From NCBI GenBank assembly GCA_965222605.1, contig OZ244960.1, positions 5,184,001 to 5,248,000 on the forward strand: DNA of 64,000 nt, given 5' to 3'. Below are positions 43,501-51,404 of this stretch, piece by piece. Numbering within the stretch: the first letter of the stretch is position 1; each line of letters opens with the position of its first letter. The translations under genes and the position numbers were made by a program. Below the pieces are notes generated by a model. That model did no database searches, was not told the origin of the DNA, and saw only the letters and a list, made by a program, of their open reading frames with translations. Origin of the DNA: Candidatus Latescibacterota bacterium (GTDB lineage: Bacteria > Latescibacterota > UBA2968).

Positions 43501-43644
43501 TCCGGGCAACGCCTGACCGTTGCTGTCCACGATCTGACCCTTGATCTTCCCTGTGGTCCCGGCAACCGCCTGCTCAGAGGTCGCTGAGAACAGCAGCAGA
43601 AAGGCGAGCAGCCCTACAATCCGGAAAACACGATCTCTCTTCAT
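40513..43644 (-). CDS. TonB-dependent receptor with N-terminal carboxypeptidase-regulatory-like domain
   Basis: GTTGKIKG...LPGANVII, plug motifs IRGG, YYVDG, GGMEAEYGNAQAGVVNIVTKEG; SPRVGVSHPIT; ends LGVMVSF. Confidence 0.9.
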   Translation of the reverse strand: MKRDRVFRIVGLLAFLLLFSATSEQAVAGTTGKIKGQIVDSNGQALPGANVIIEGTSQGTTTGPDGDYLILLVNPGIYTLTTSMIGYDQVSKTDVQAIADFTTTVDFTLNETALEMAAIVVVAERPPVEPDRTTTKYILDKSNIEDVAPLVKDTEQVLELLAGVGLDGDTSIRGGDTSSSGSGSSDVVYYVDGVPMSAVNVERRSHASRNFQGVNASAVQELAVVTGGMEAEYGNAQAGVVNIVTKEGSKDFHGSLDYLLNPAGKKHWGSNVYDSPYYEDKMKWNDSNWTGETDPETGRRVHERTDYTGVIGHRLEGTLSGPVVENASFFASARYRGLAAVFPEGKQRGFYLYPDRKSGWVASPGNIEASYKLTGNARSKFKVGVGGIYGRSGSYWGGSGARRQLGRDIFLSEGSGSGQVKYKNDLTYVSLTHILTPKTFYEAKLSFFRDNQDTTNVPVDQYGEGVTEDIRRDADGYFTAAPRTRTEYQFTKRERINFKLDFSSQITKGHFVKSGFEVAFDKVLTVWERWQSMTSFSLRVAGKPYTRDTPWEPIQSSWYIQDKMEFHGLVLNVGARYDRLDWGTQVPQGEHGLWSMAPMTKSWTRQQLIPLVDAKALQAWSPRVGVSHPITDRATIRYSFGVFRQLPSTWYIAQYGWVSRARASDFNNNGQIDPTEVGNQSDSRDWSGFWDRIKYETTTSFEVGTDWNFVGDYISSLTVFYKSGTDQFFYGNSYWWDPQLQAPQRGGADWRNNSYEDVRGIELSLRKNLSHGFAFMVSYNKQWVSAARQSGWWRTYFVPDSNWVATGTNYYVTHSRDTNGDGQVNSSDSGAEVPVSLTNDEIMEFGHRANERLRAIQNGAAADYDPLKESEIKEMEDWPGMWSYKQFNVNPRGRNTAQGTFGTERPGFGSAVFMYHSPTDYGPVWSDISVTLVYRMQEGRARRFALPGEPPKWWFGPVHTRADLAFVKRFQLRNQVRPTLYFNVRNLFNQRDLQPRPGVDWWKNGLDQPRPDSGKYKQFGDTGELSRYAGFPREIELGVMVSF

Positions 43645-43674
43645 ATTCTTCTCCTTTCATTGACAGGTTGCGGA

Positions 43675-44370
43675 TCACATATAAAACTTCACTCCAGCCC
43701 CGATGTCGAACAAGTGAAACGGATGGGTCTTTTTCACACCCCAGTTCAGGAAGGGCCTGAGCTCTCCAATGATCACATTGTAACTCACACGCAGGTCCAG
43801 GGCAGCCTTCGGACCCAAGAAGATCTGCATCCCGCCCCCTCCGCTTACACCCAGCGCTGTTCGCGTATCGTCGATCGCCTCCAGGAGCAGGGTCTGATCC
43901 AGCGTGGCGCCCCCTTGTTCGGGAAAGATGAGCCCGCTCACCTTAGAATGGTAGTTGTGGAACCCGGCCCCAACGGTAAGATAGGGAACGCTTCCTTCGC
44001 CTTCGAACTTCTTATCCTTCAGGGCGAAAAGCCAGTTGACCGCCAGGCTGTTAAAGGTCATATCGGACTTGGCCTGTGGACTTGCGTAGTCCCTTCCATC
44101 CTTGAACCGAAACGTCCGTCCCTCGAGGCTGCCGCCCGCAAACTTCGAGTAGTAATACTCCACTTCCACGATCCGTGCCGGACTGGTTACAAAGTGCGCA
44201 GCAGCCCCAAGCTTGAATCCCTCGGTGTACATATCTCTGAAGTTAAACAGCGGCGAATAGAGCTCGGCGGATACGCCGAACCCTCCTCTGTGGCCCTCTT
44301 CCTGAGCCACAGCAAAAGCCGTGGGCGACAATACCCACAAGAGAATCCATAAACCCATGATCCTTCTCAT
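43675..44370 (-). CDS. Small outer-membrane beta-barrel protein (OmpA-TM/PorT-like)
   Basis: Signal peptide, alternating strands, PYLTVGAG, C-terminal GAGVKFYM. Confidence 0.75.
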   Translation of the reverse strand: MRRIMGLWILLWVLSPTAFAVAQEEGHRGGFGVSAELYSPLFNFRDMYTEGFKLGAAAHFVTSPARIVEVEYYYSKFAGGSLEGRTFRFKDGRDYASPQAKSDMTFNSLAVNWLFALKDKKFEGEGSVPYLTVGAGFHNYHSKVSGLIFPEQGGATLDQTLLLEAIDDTRTALGVSGGGGMQIFLGPKAALDLRVSYNVIIGELRPFLNWGVKKTHPFHLFDIGAGVKFYM

Positions 44371-44419
44371 AAAAACCTCCTTGAAGATACGCAGTCATTT
44401 TTCGACCAACCCACTCGTC

Positions 44420-45538
44420 TCAGATAATCTCCCTTTCCGGACCCAGCCGATTGTAAAACTGGGGGATATAGACCTTCCGGCCCCCCTCGTTGATCGAGAT
44501 TAGCGAACAGATCGCTGCAGCGCAGCTTTTTGCCGCCTCATAGACGTTGATAAATGGCAGCCTATCGTCTAAAATCGCGTCCACGAAGTCGCGGCAGTTG
44601 TGGTACGTACCGCCGCCGTGACCGGTTCTTTTGGCAACCTCGGCATCCAGTTCGAGCCCCACCAACTCCAGGGGCTCAATTTCTCCGGGAAGCCCGCCTT
44701 CCTCCTGTGCATGTGCAATACCGAGTACTCCATTATGCCGATCTCCCTCAACGGCCGCCCTGGTGCCGTATAGCGACTTGTAGAGGTTGCAGCCAGGCCA
44801 GGCCATCGCCTTGCAACAGGCGACCTTCACCGTCACCCCACCGGTCGTCCTGAAAATTGCCGTCTCCCAGTCGTTGACTGTCCGATATGGCGAGTAAATG
44901 CGGTTTCCCAACCCGACCACCTCGGTGAAATCCTGCCCGATGATCCAGCGGATGTCGTCGATCGCGTGAATGCCGCCGCCGGAAGAGATGCTCTCCTGCG
45001 TCGTCGTACCGAACCCGTCCCGCCAGGTCTTCTTTCCATCTCTTACAAACAGGTACACCAGGCTGTGTGTATATTCAGACTCGGCGTAGCATACCTCGCC
45101 GATTGTGCCCTTCTTCACCAGCCGCCTCAAAGTGATCGTGCGTGGATCCCACCGGCTGTTCTGTTCCATGGCCAGCTTCAGCCCCGTTCTCTCTACTGCC
45201 TTGACGATCTCCATGCACTGGTGCAGCTTGTCGGCATTCTCTACCATCGGAATGGTCGTCAGGATGTGCTTTCCCGCCTCCAGGGCCGCCAGACACTCAT
45301 CTCCGTGGCGAAACCCCGGTGTGCCCGTGCAGATGAAGTCCACGTCCTGATCGGCCAGCAGGTCCCCGTAGTCCGTATAGACCCTGGGCACCCCGTACTC
45401 CCTGGCCAACTGATTCGCCTTCTCCTCGTCGATATCGCACACCGCAGCGACATCTACTTCGTCGATGTAGTCGTGGAATGTCCTCAGATGTGACTCCCCG
45501 AATCCAAGCCCCACGATCCCTGCCTTCAAGGTAGCCAT
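44420..45538 (-). CDS. Gfo/Idh/MocA protein, GH109-like subtype
   Basis: Start at MATLKAGIVGLGFG (45538) after GGAGG; TIP instead of EKP, EYTHS, TGHGG. Confidence 0.82.
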   Translation of the reverse strand: MATLKAGIVGLGFGESHLRTFHDYIDEVDVAAVCDIDEEKANQLAREYGVPRVYTDYGDLLADQDVDFICTGTPGFRHGDECLAALEAGKHILTTIPMVENADKLHQCMEIVKAVERTGLKLAMEQNSRWDPRTITLRRLVKKGTIGEVCYAESEYTHSLVYLFVRDGKKTWRDGFGTTTQESISSGGGIHAIDDIRWIIGQDFTEVVGLGNRIYSPYRTVNDWETAIFRTTGGVTVKVACCKAMAWPGCNLYKSLYGTRAAVEGDRHNGVLGIAHAQEEGGLPGEIEPLELVGLELDAEVAKRTGHGGGTYHNCRDFVDAILDDRLPFINVYEAAKSCAAAICSLISINEGGRKVYIPQFYNRLGPEREII

Positions 45539-45629
45539 CAATTCCCTCCGACAGATAACAATCCGTAAGTCACGCAAATGAAAATGTTGCAACAAATCCA
45601 GGCAATACGATTCCTCGCCAAAACAAACC

Positions 45630-45650
45630 AACCGTTCCATAGTTAATTTA
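45630..45650. promoter_or_regulatory. Inverted repeat, candidate operator upstream of the 30 kb locus
   Basis: TAGTTAAT-ttaag-ATTAACTA perfect 8-5-8 palindrome in an AT-rich leader. Confidence 0.5.
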
Positions 45651-45862
45651 AGATTAACTAATTTTTACTTAACATCAAAATCTGTTTTTCTAATATTGAA
45701 AGGCGCAATGCAGAAAAATTATAACATTTTTTTTCATTGCTCTGGCCATTAGCTCCTCCGCGCAAGGTTTGGTAGCTAATGGCTTTTTTTATGCGCCTTG
45801 CCAATAAAATTCCGTTTTTACGCTCCAAACTTTTCTCTTATACCCGGGATTGCAGTGCTGCC

Positions 45863-46570
45863 TTAGCCCGGCTGAACTCGCTGCGTGCGCTTTACCCATT
45901 GCCTCAAGCCGGTATCGAAGTGATCCCACACTGCCTGCCGCATCCCGCCCGGATTACGCGCCTTCAGGGCGAGGAAGATCCGCTCGTGGTTCTGGAAGTG
46001 TTCCAGGTCAATTCTCTCCCAGTCCCACCACTCACGGTGAGCCGTAACGAAAAATTCACTCAGCACCCGTCCAAGAGCCTGAGTCGCCAGGTTCCCTGTT
46101 GCTTCGTAGGTCGCAAAGTGAAACGCCCAGTCGTGCGTGTAAAACTCGACAGGACGTTCCAACGCCTCCCGCATCGCTTCCAGGTGTTGCCCCATCGCTT
46201 CTAGCTGATCTTCTGTTACGCGCTCTATTACCATCTCCACAATTCCAATATCCACCGCCCGCCGCAATTCGTACATCTCTATAATCGTCTTTTTATTTAT
46301 GGATGGAATAAAGCTCAGATACTTAAACAAAGCCTGAGGGTCGAACTCTCTGACACTGATCCCATGCCTGGGACGAGCTTCCAGAATGCCTATTGCCTCT
46401 AAAATCTTGACCGCTTCTCGAACGGAGGCACGACTCACGCCAAACGCTTCTGCCATCTCCCGCTCTGTGGCCAACCTGTCTCCGGGCATCAATCCATTCT
46501 GCAAAATATGGTTCTTGATCGCACCGATGATCCTCTTACTCAGATTTTCTTTTTCAATGCTATTAAACAA
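45863..46570 (-). CDS. GntR family, FadR subfamily transcriptional regulator
   Basis: PGDRLATEREMAEAFGVSRASVREA HTH; FCD domain (D.AFH...N, H..I). Confidence 0.92.
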   Translation of the reverse strand: MFNSIEKENLSKRIIGAIKNHILQNGLMPGDRLATEREMAEAFGVSRASVREAVKILEAIGILEARPRHGISVREFDPQALFKYLSFIPSINKKTIIEMYELRRAVDIGIVEMVIERVTEDQLEAMGQHLEAMREALERPVEFYTHDWAFHFATYEATGNLATQALGRVLSEFFVTAHREWWDWERIDLEHFQNHERIFLALKARNPGGMRQAVWDHFDTGLRQWVKRTQRVQPG

Positions 46571-46665
46571 AGCCCATTCTCCCGACCTTTCTTTGTATTT
46601 CCATTGTACAGATATTTATGACTTTTTTGCTCTGTTTACAAAACCAGTCATATCATTATATGGTA

Positions 46666-46682
46666 TAATGGTCTGACCATTA
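46666..46682. promoter_or_regulatory. FadR-type operator (autoregulatory)
   Basis: Perfect palindrome TAATGGTC-T-GACCATTA matching the TGGTCnGACCA FadR/PdhR/LldR box. Confidence 0.82.
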
Positions 46683-46688
46683 ATAAAA

Positions 46689-46717
46689 ATAGTACGCCCA
46701 TTCACATCCTCTGTCAA
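46689..46717 (-). promoter_or_regulatory. Sigma70-type promoter of the regulator
   Basis: TTGACA-17 bp-TACTAT on the minus strand, just upstream of the operator. Confidence 0.78.
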
Positions 46718-46825
46718 GGATTTTTTGGCTCATGTAGGCTTCGGGATGAAAAATATCTGAGGAGAAGGTATAAACAGTTGACCTCTTGCGAATTGGTGAA
46801 CCTTCCTCTTTGAAAAGGTCTGGCA

Positions 46826-48502
46826 TCAGGCTGCCGAAATGACGGGAAATACGATGTGAGACGGATACCGGCTCGAGTGATGTACGGTCTGCCGGGCCGG
46901 GCGCATCTCTGTATCGGTGCCGAATTCGTGGCCGGTATTTGGGTTGCGGTCGAAGCGCGGAAAGTTGGACGAAGAAATTTCGACACGGATGCAGTGGCCT
47001 TTCCGGAACACGTTGCCGGTGACACTGAGGTCGATTTCGTATTCGTAGATCCGGTTGGGTTCGAGCAGGGTCGGGTTGGTAAGGCTTTCGCGGTATCGAG
47101 CACGCAAGATGCCGTCGCAGAGATTTTTGGCGTAACCCGTAGGGGAGACATCTACGAGCTTGGCCGTCCAGTCGGTGTCCGGGCTGTCGGTAGCGGCGTA
47201 GAGCACGGCTTTGATTGGTCCGGTGACTTCCATGTCGGCTTCCAAGGGAGCCGAGGTGTAACAGAGCACATCGCCGCGCATCTCGACCGGGCGCTGATCG
47301 TAGGGCCCCCAGGGCACGATGTGAGGCGAGCAGCAGTTGTTGCCACCCAGGGTCTGGACGGGGTACCGAGGGTCATAGACGAAGCGGTCCGGGGTGTCTC
47401 CTTCTGGGAGAGTGGGCGACAGGCTCCCGTCGCCGAGCAGGCTGTTGGCACTACCGCAGGAATGGAGGTACCATTTCTGCCACTGAGTGCGCGCCAGGGG
47501 CCATTCGTCTTCATCGCGCCATTCGTTGGTGCCCATGATGAAGAGGCGCAAGGGCGGCTCGTCCACGATGCCGTTGTCGATGCCTTTGAGCCAGTAGTCG
47601 AACCATCGCAGTTCCAGGGCCTCTAAGTCCACCATTGAGTGAGTGCCGAAGTCGATGTCGCCTGTTCGGGGGGAGGTGCTCAAGACGTGGGGCCACGGCC
47701 CCACGATGAGCTTGCTCTGCCGGGCTTCGGGGGTGCGGCCGTGCTGCCGCAGGCCGTTGAAGTTGGTGAAGGTGTTTGCGGCGTAGAGGTCATACCAGCC
47801 GCCCATGTTGAATGCGGGGACAGCGATGTCGCCCCACCGTTTTTCGTCATTGATTTCGTCCCAGTAATCGTCGTAGGCGGCGTGTTGAACCCAGTCTTTC
47901 CAGAAGCCGAGGTCGCGCCCAGCCTGTTCGTCCATTTCTATGAGGGGGAGGTAACGAAAGGCTTCAGTCCAGTTGTGGTATTCGATGCTCTGGGCAGTGC
48001 GGGCGGTGGTGCGCATGCCCCAGGTCATGAGGACGTTGAGCTGAAAGGCACCACCGGGATAGACCAACCCGCTGAAGTAGTCGCAGCAGATGACGCGAGG
48101 GGCAAGGCAGGTGAGATATTGGCTTTTGTGCGGGGCGCTTTGCCACTGGACCAGGCCCAGGTACGAAGCACCGGACATACCAATTTTGCCGTTGCTCCAT
48201 TCCTGGCGGCCGATCCATTCCTGGGTGTCGTAGCCGTCTTCGCCTTCCCGGAAAGGGTAGTCGTTGCCCTCCGAGTCCCAGCGGCCGCGACAGTCCTGCA
48301 TCGCACAGACGTAGCCACAGTTGGCCAGCCGCCGGGCTTTTTCGATCATGGCATCAATGTTATTGCTGTAGGGGGTACGCATCAAGACAGTGGGAAATTT
48401 TCCCGCGGCTCTGGGGAGGTAGATATCAGCGGACAGATTAACCCCGTCCCTCATTGGGATTTTTACATCCAGCCGCATATCTACGCCGTAATTGGGTTCC
48501 AT
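46826..48502 (-). CDS. CocE/NonD family (S15) hydrolase
   Basis: MRDGVNLSADIY, RTPY, DCRGRWDSEG, GASYLG, GGWYD, GPWPH, SSSNFPRFDRN; start after GAAGGAG. Confidence 0.92.
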   Translation of the reverse strand: MEPNYGVDMRLDVKIPMRDGVNLSADIYLPRAAGKFPTVLMRTPYSNNIDAMIEKARRLANCGYVCAMQDCRGRWDSEGNDYPFREGEDGYDTQEWIGRQEWSNGKIGMSGASYLGLVQWQSAPHKSQYLTCLAPRVICCDYFSGLVYPGGAFQLNVLMTWGMRTTARTAQSIEYHNWTEAFRYLPLIEMDEQAGRDLGFWKDWVQHAAYDDYWDEINDEKRWGDIAVPAFNMGGWYDLYAANTFTNFNGLRQHGRTPEARQSKLIVGPWPHVLSTSPRTGDIDFGTHSMVDLEALELRWFDYWLKGIDNGIVDEPPLRLFIMGTNEWRDEDEWPLARTQWQKWYLHSCGSANSLLGDGSLSPTLPEGDTPDRFVYDPRYPVQTLGGNNCCSPHIVPWGPYDQRPVEMRGDVLCYTSAPLEADMEVTGPIKAVLYAATDSPDTDWTAKLVDVSPTGYAKNLCDGILRARYRESLTNPTLLEPNRIYEYEIDLSVTGNVFRKGHCIRVEISSSNFPRFDRNPNTGHEFGTDTEMRPARQTVHHSSRYPSHIVFPVISAA

Positions 48503-48573
48503 GGGGGCTCCTTCTGAGATGTCTCTATTATCTGTGTGTATCTCACCGGTGGTTGTTTTATGAATCATTCTGA

Positions 48574-51105
48574 CTATTGCTCCTTCGAGACACGCTTATT
48601 TTTCGATCGGCTTCCATAGTGGAAGCCGACCTCGCGGGTGGCCGTCTCACCACTCACCAGGTCCGTGATCGTCACCTCCAGGACGTTGATGCCGGGTTTG
48701 GCCTTGCTCAATTCCAACTCCACATATTCATTTTCACTCGACTCTGATCCGACTTGCTCGTAGGTCACTGAGACCTGAGGCTTCTTGCTCCTGAGGAGGG
48801 ATCGGAACCCGGAGGCAACCATTCCGACGATCCCCACCGAACCCTCGGGACTGAACCGGACCAGATATTGTACCTTGTAGCGGGTCTGACCGAAAGCGTC
48901 TTTATTCAGGTTGTAGATCTCGAAATAGGCATAGACCTTCTGGTCCGGTTTGTAGGCACGGGAGGGCATCGGTACCACCCAGATATTGCCCTTCCGAAAT
49001 CTGTTGTTCGATCCTTTATCGCCGATGGCGGAAGCGAGCTCGATGTCGCTCATCTGGAGCGTCTCTAACTGATAATCCTTGACCTCCAGGGACTGTTTGT
49101 AGGCCCCCACGTGCCCTGAGACCAGGTCCTTGAGTTGAACCTGGAGTTCGTATTTTCCAGGCGGCACCTGGACCTGAAGCACGTCGGGGACAAACGTCCC
49201 CTTCGCCCAGTTGGATTCTCCGGTGTTTCGATAGGAAAACGTGTCTGTCGTTCGGTAGATGTTGGTGTGGCCTTCGTCCGCCAGGGCCAGCGCGCCCTGC
49301 GCGTGGGCCATCGAACCCGTGTCTCCCTCGACGAATTCTACCTGTTTGGGTGAAATGCCGTAATAGACTTCGAGCGTGGTCTGGCCATCGGGGCCTCGGA
49401 AGTCGGCCAGGTCGTAGTAGAAGTGGAGGGCAGAGCCCCGGAGGCTGGGACGGTAATAGTCCGGGGTTGCGACAACGGTTCTTTCAAAGACGAGGCTGGG
49501 CGCATATTCGAGCATTCGCGCCGTATATTTCAACTGCCTGTGCCCAGCAGGGATCGGGGGAAGCGGGGCAAAGTCGTAGGTGCGGTTGCCCAGTTCGTCG
49601 GTAAAGGTAAACTCGATGCCGTTCTGGATCTGTGTATAAGTCCAGGTCTCCCAGGGCACCGTATTGACCTCGTTGTCGATAGTGAGGGGCGCATAGCCCT
49701 GGAAATTGAGCCGAGCTTTCAGATCCAGGATATCATCGGAAAGGCTCCCGAGTCTGTCTTCTTCTTGAGGGGTGGGAATATTCTGCAACATAAGACGATC
49801 CAGATACGAATCCGTTGATCCCGAAAGCGCTTCAACATTCTCATCATCCAGGGTGGGATCTTCAACGGCTGTCCCTTCAGCCATCTGACGGGAGTCAACG
49901 GTGACGTCATCAGACAGAGCGTCACGGCGCGTCCGGACCGGGAAGACCGGTCCGGTAAAGGTCAAATAATGAGCCTCGGGTCCATACATATCCACAGCCA
50001 TCCGGGTGCGCACGGCCTCAACTTCGGCACTCACACTGAGTTGCCTCAGGTCGGACCGCGACCTGTAGTCGGGTTCCCCATAGCGGATGTAAACCTCTCC
50101 CCGCCTGTCCCAGGGATGGGGCCCCTCAGCGAAGAGGGTGCGGGCATACCACACCCGACGATAGTGCTCAATGATGCGCTCGTTGACCGGGGTCATGATA
50201 TCGGAATCCCGACGCATCCAGAACTGCTCCAGATAGGCCTGGCGCTCCGAAGCTTCAACGATAGCCCGGTAGTCGTCGAGTTCCTTCTTGGAGGCCACAA
50301 GTGAGATGTCCGTATAGATCTGGCGCTCCCCTTCGTCCAGGTTCTGTAGATAGCGTTCGAAGTGTTCCAGGGCGGATTCGAAGCGCTCATGAAAGAAATA
50401 GCCCTGGGCTACCAGGGGCAGGAGCCGGAACTCCTGGGGATTGGCTTCCAGATAAGGGGTGAGGTAGGTGTTAATCTTGTCATATTGCCTGGCCTGCACG
50501 CAGGAGAGCCCGAAAGCGTAGAGGCCATTTGGGTCATCGGACTCCAGTTTAACGTATTTTAAATAGTATCCAATCGCCTTTTGGTAATCCTCCCGAAAGT
50601 GTTCGTAGGCCTCTCCGAGAAGCCAGTAGGCCGGGGCGTAGAGCGAATCGATCTTGACCGCCCGCTTGCCCTCGCCCACAGCACGCCGGAAATTGTAGAA
50701 GGCCGCCAGTCCCTTGCCAGGCATCTTGACGTAGGCCAGCCCTAAACCCACGCGGGCATCGGGGAGGTTGGGATCGAGTTCTTTGGCCGCCGCGAAGGCA
50801 TCTTTGGCTACCTCGAAGTCTTCCTTCTTGAGGGCAGCGTAGCCGAGCCGGATCTGGAGGGTGGCGTCTTTCGGGTATGCCTCGGCCAGGCGAGCAAAGG
50901 TATCAACGGCCTTGCCAAACTCGCTCGCTCGCACCTGCTGCTCCCCCAGGGTGATCATAGAGTCCCGCGCGGATTTGGAGAGGACTTGTGGTGCTGCCTC
51001 GGACGGTAGATCCTGGGCAGAGACGGCAAGTGTGAGGATCCAAATCAACGTCCAAAAGGGGACCAAAAAGAAAGTAAAACGCCGAAATCCGACAGAAACG
51101 CTCAT
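48574..51105 (-). CDS. GWxTD-domain protein with N-terminal TPRs
   Basis: Signal peptide, TPRs, FW.RRD.D..TPVNER..EHYRRVWYA, variant core PWDRRGEVYIRYGEPD, WETWTY. Confidence 0.82.
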   Translation of the reverse strand: MSVSVGFRRFTFFLVPFWTLIWILTLAVSAQDLPSEAAPQVLSKSARDSMITLGEQQVRASEFGKAVDTFARLAEAYPKDATLQIRLGYAALKKEDFEVAKDAFAAAKELDPNLPDARVGLGLAYVKMPGKGLAAFYNFRRAVGEGKRAVKIDSLYAPAYWLLGEAYEHFREDYQKAIGYYLKYVKLESDDPNGLYAFGLSCVQARQYDKINTYLTPYLEANPQEFRLLPLVAQGYFFHERFESALEHFERYLQNLDEGERQIYTDISLVASKKELDDYRAIVEASERQAYLEQFWMRRDSDIMTPVNERIIEHYRRVWYARTLFAEGPHPWDRRGEVYIRYGEPDYRSRSDLRQLSVSAEVEAVRTRMAVDMYGPEAHYLTFTGPVFPVRTRRDALSDDVTVDSRQMAEGTAVEDPTLDDENVEALSGSTDSYLDRLMLQNIPTPQEEDRLGSLSDDILDLKARLNFQGYAPLTIDNEVNTVPWETWTYTQIQNGIEFTFTDELGNRTYDFAPLPPIPAGHRQLKYTARMLEYAPSLVFERTVVATPDYYRPSLRGSALHFYYDLADFRGPDGQTTLEVYYGISPKQVEFVEGDTGSMAHAQGALALADEGHTNIYRTTDTFSYRNTGESNWAKGTFVPDVLQVQVPPGKYELQVQLKDLVSGHVGAYKQSLEVKDYQLETLQMSDIELASAIGDKGSNNRFRKGNIWVVPMPSRAYKPDQKVYAYFEIYNLNKDAFGQTRYKVQYLVRFSPEGSVGIVGMVASGFRSLLRSKKPQVSVTYEQVGSESSENEYVELELSKAKPGINVLEVTITDLVSGETATREVGFHYGSRSKNKRVSKEQ

Positions 51106-51404
51106 CGTACACCTCGAGTCTATACACCGCTGGGATCTTGACTGTAAAGGTGGATCCTTCTCCAACCACTATTACGTCTACAGAACTTTAGAATAATATA
51201 AGGTTCGCTAACGGGAGAAGTCAAGCGGCAGGTCGTTATATTGCTGTGTCCTCACGAAGTTTAAAAAACTCCTTTTGAAATTTTTTAAAAAAAGCTAACT
51301 TAAACCGAAGACTGTCAGGCTGGGGTTCCCAGGTACACTCATGACGCAAAATTTATTCAGTCAGAGACGAGGCCCACCATGTCCGCACGCCGAGGAGGAG
51401 GGCT

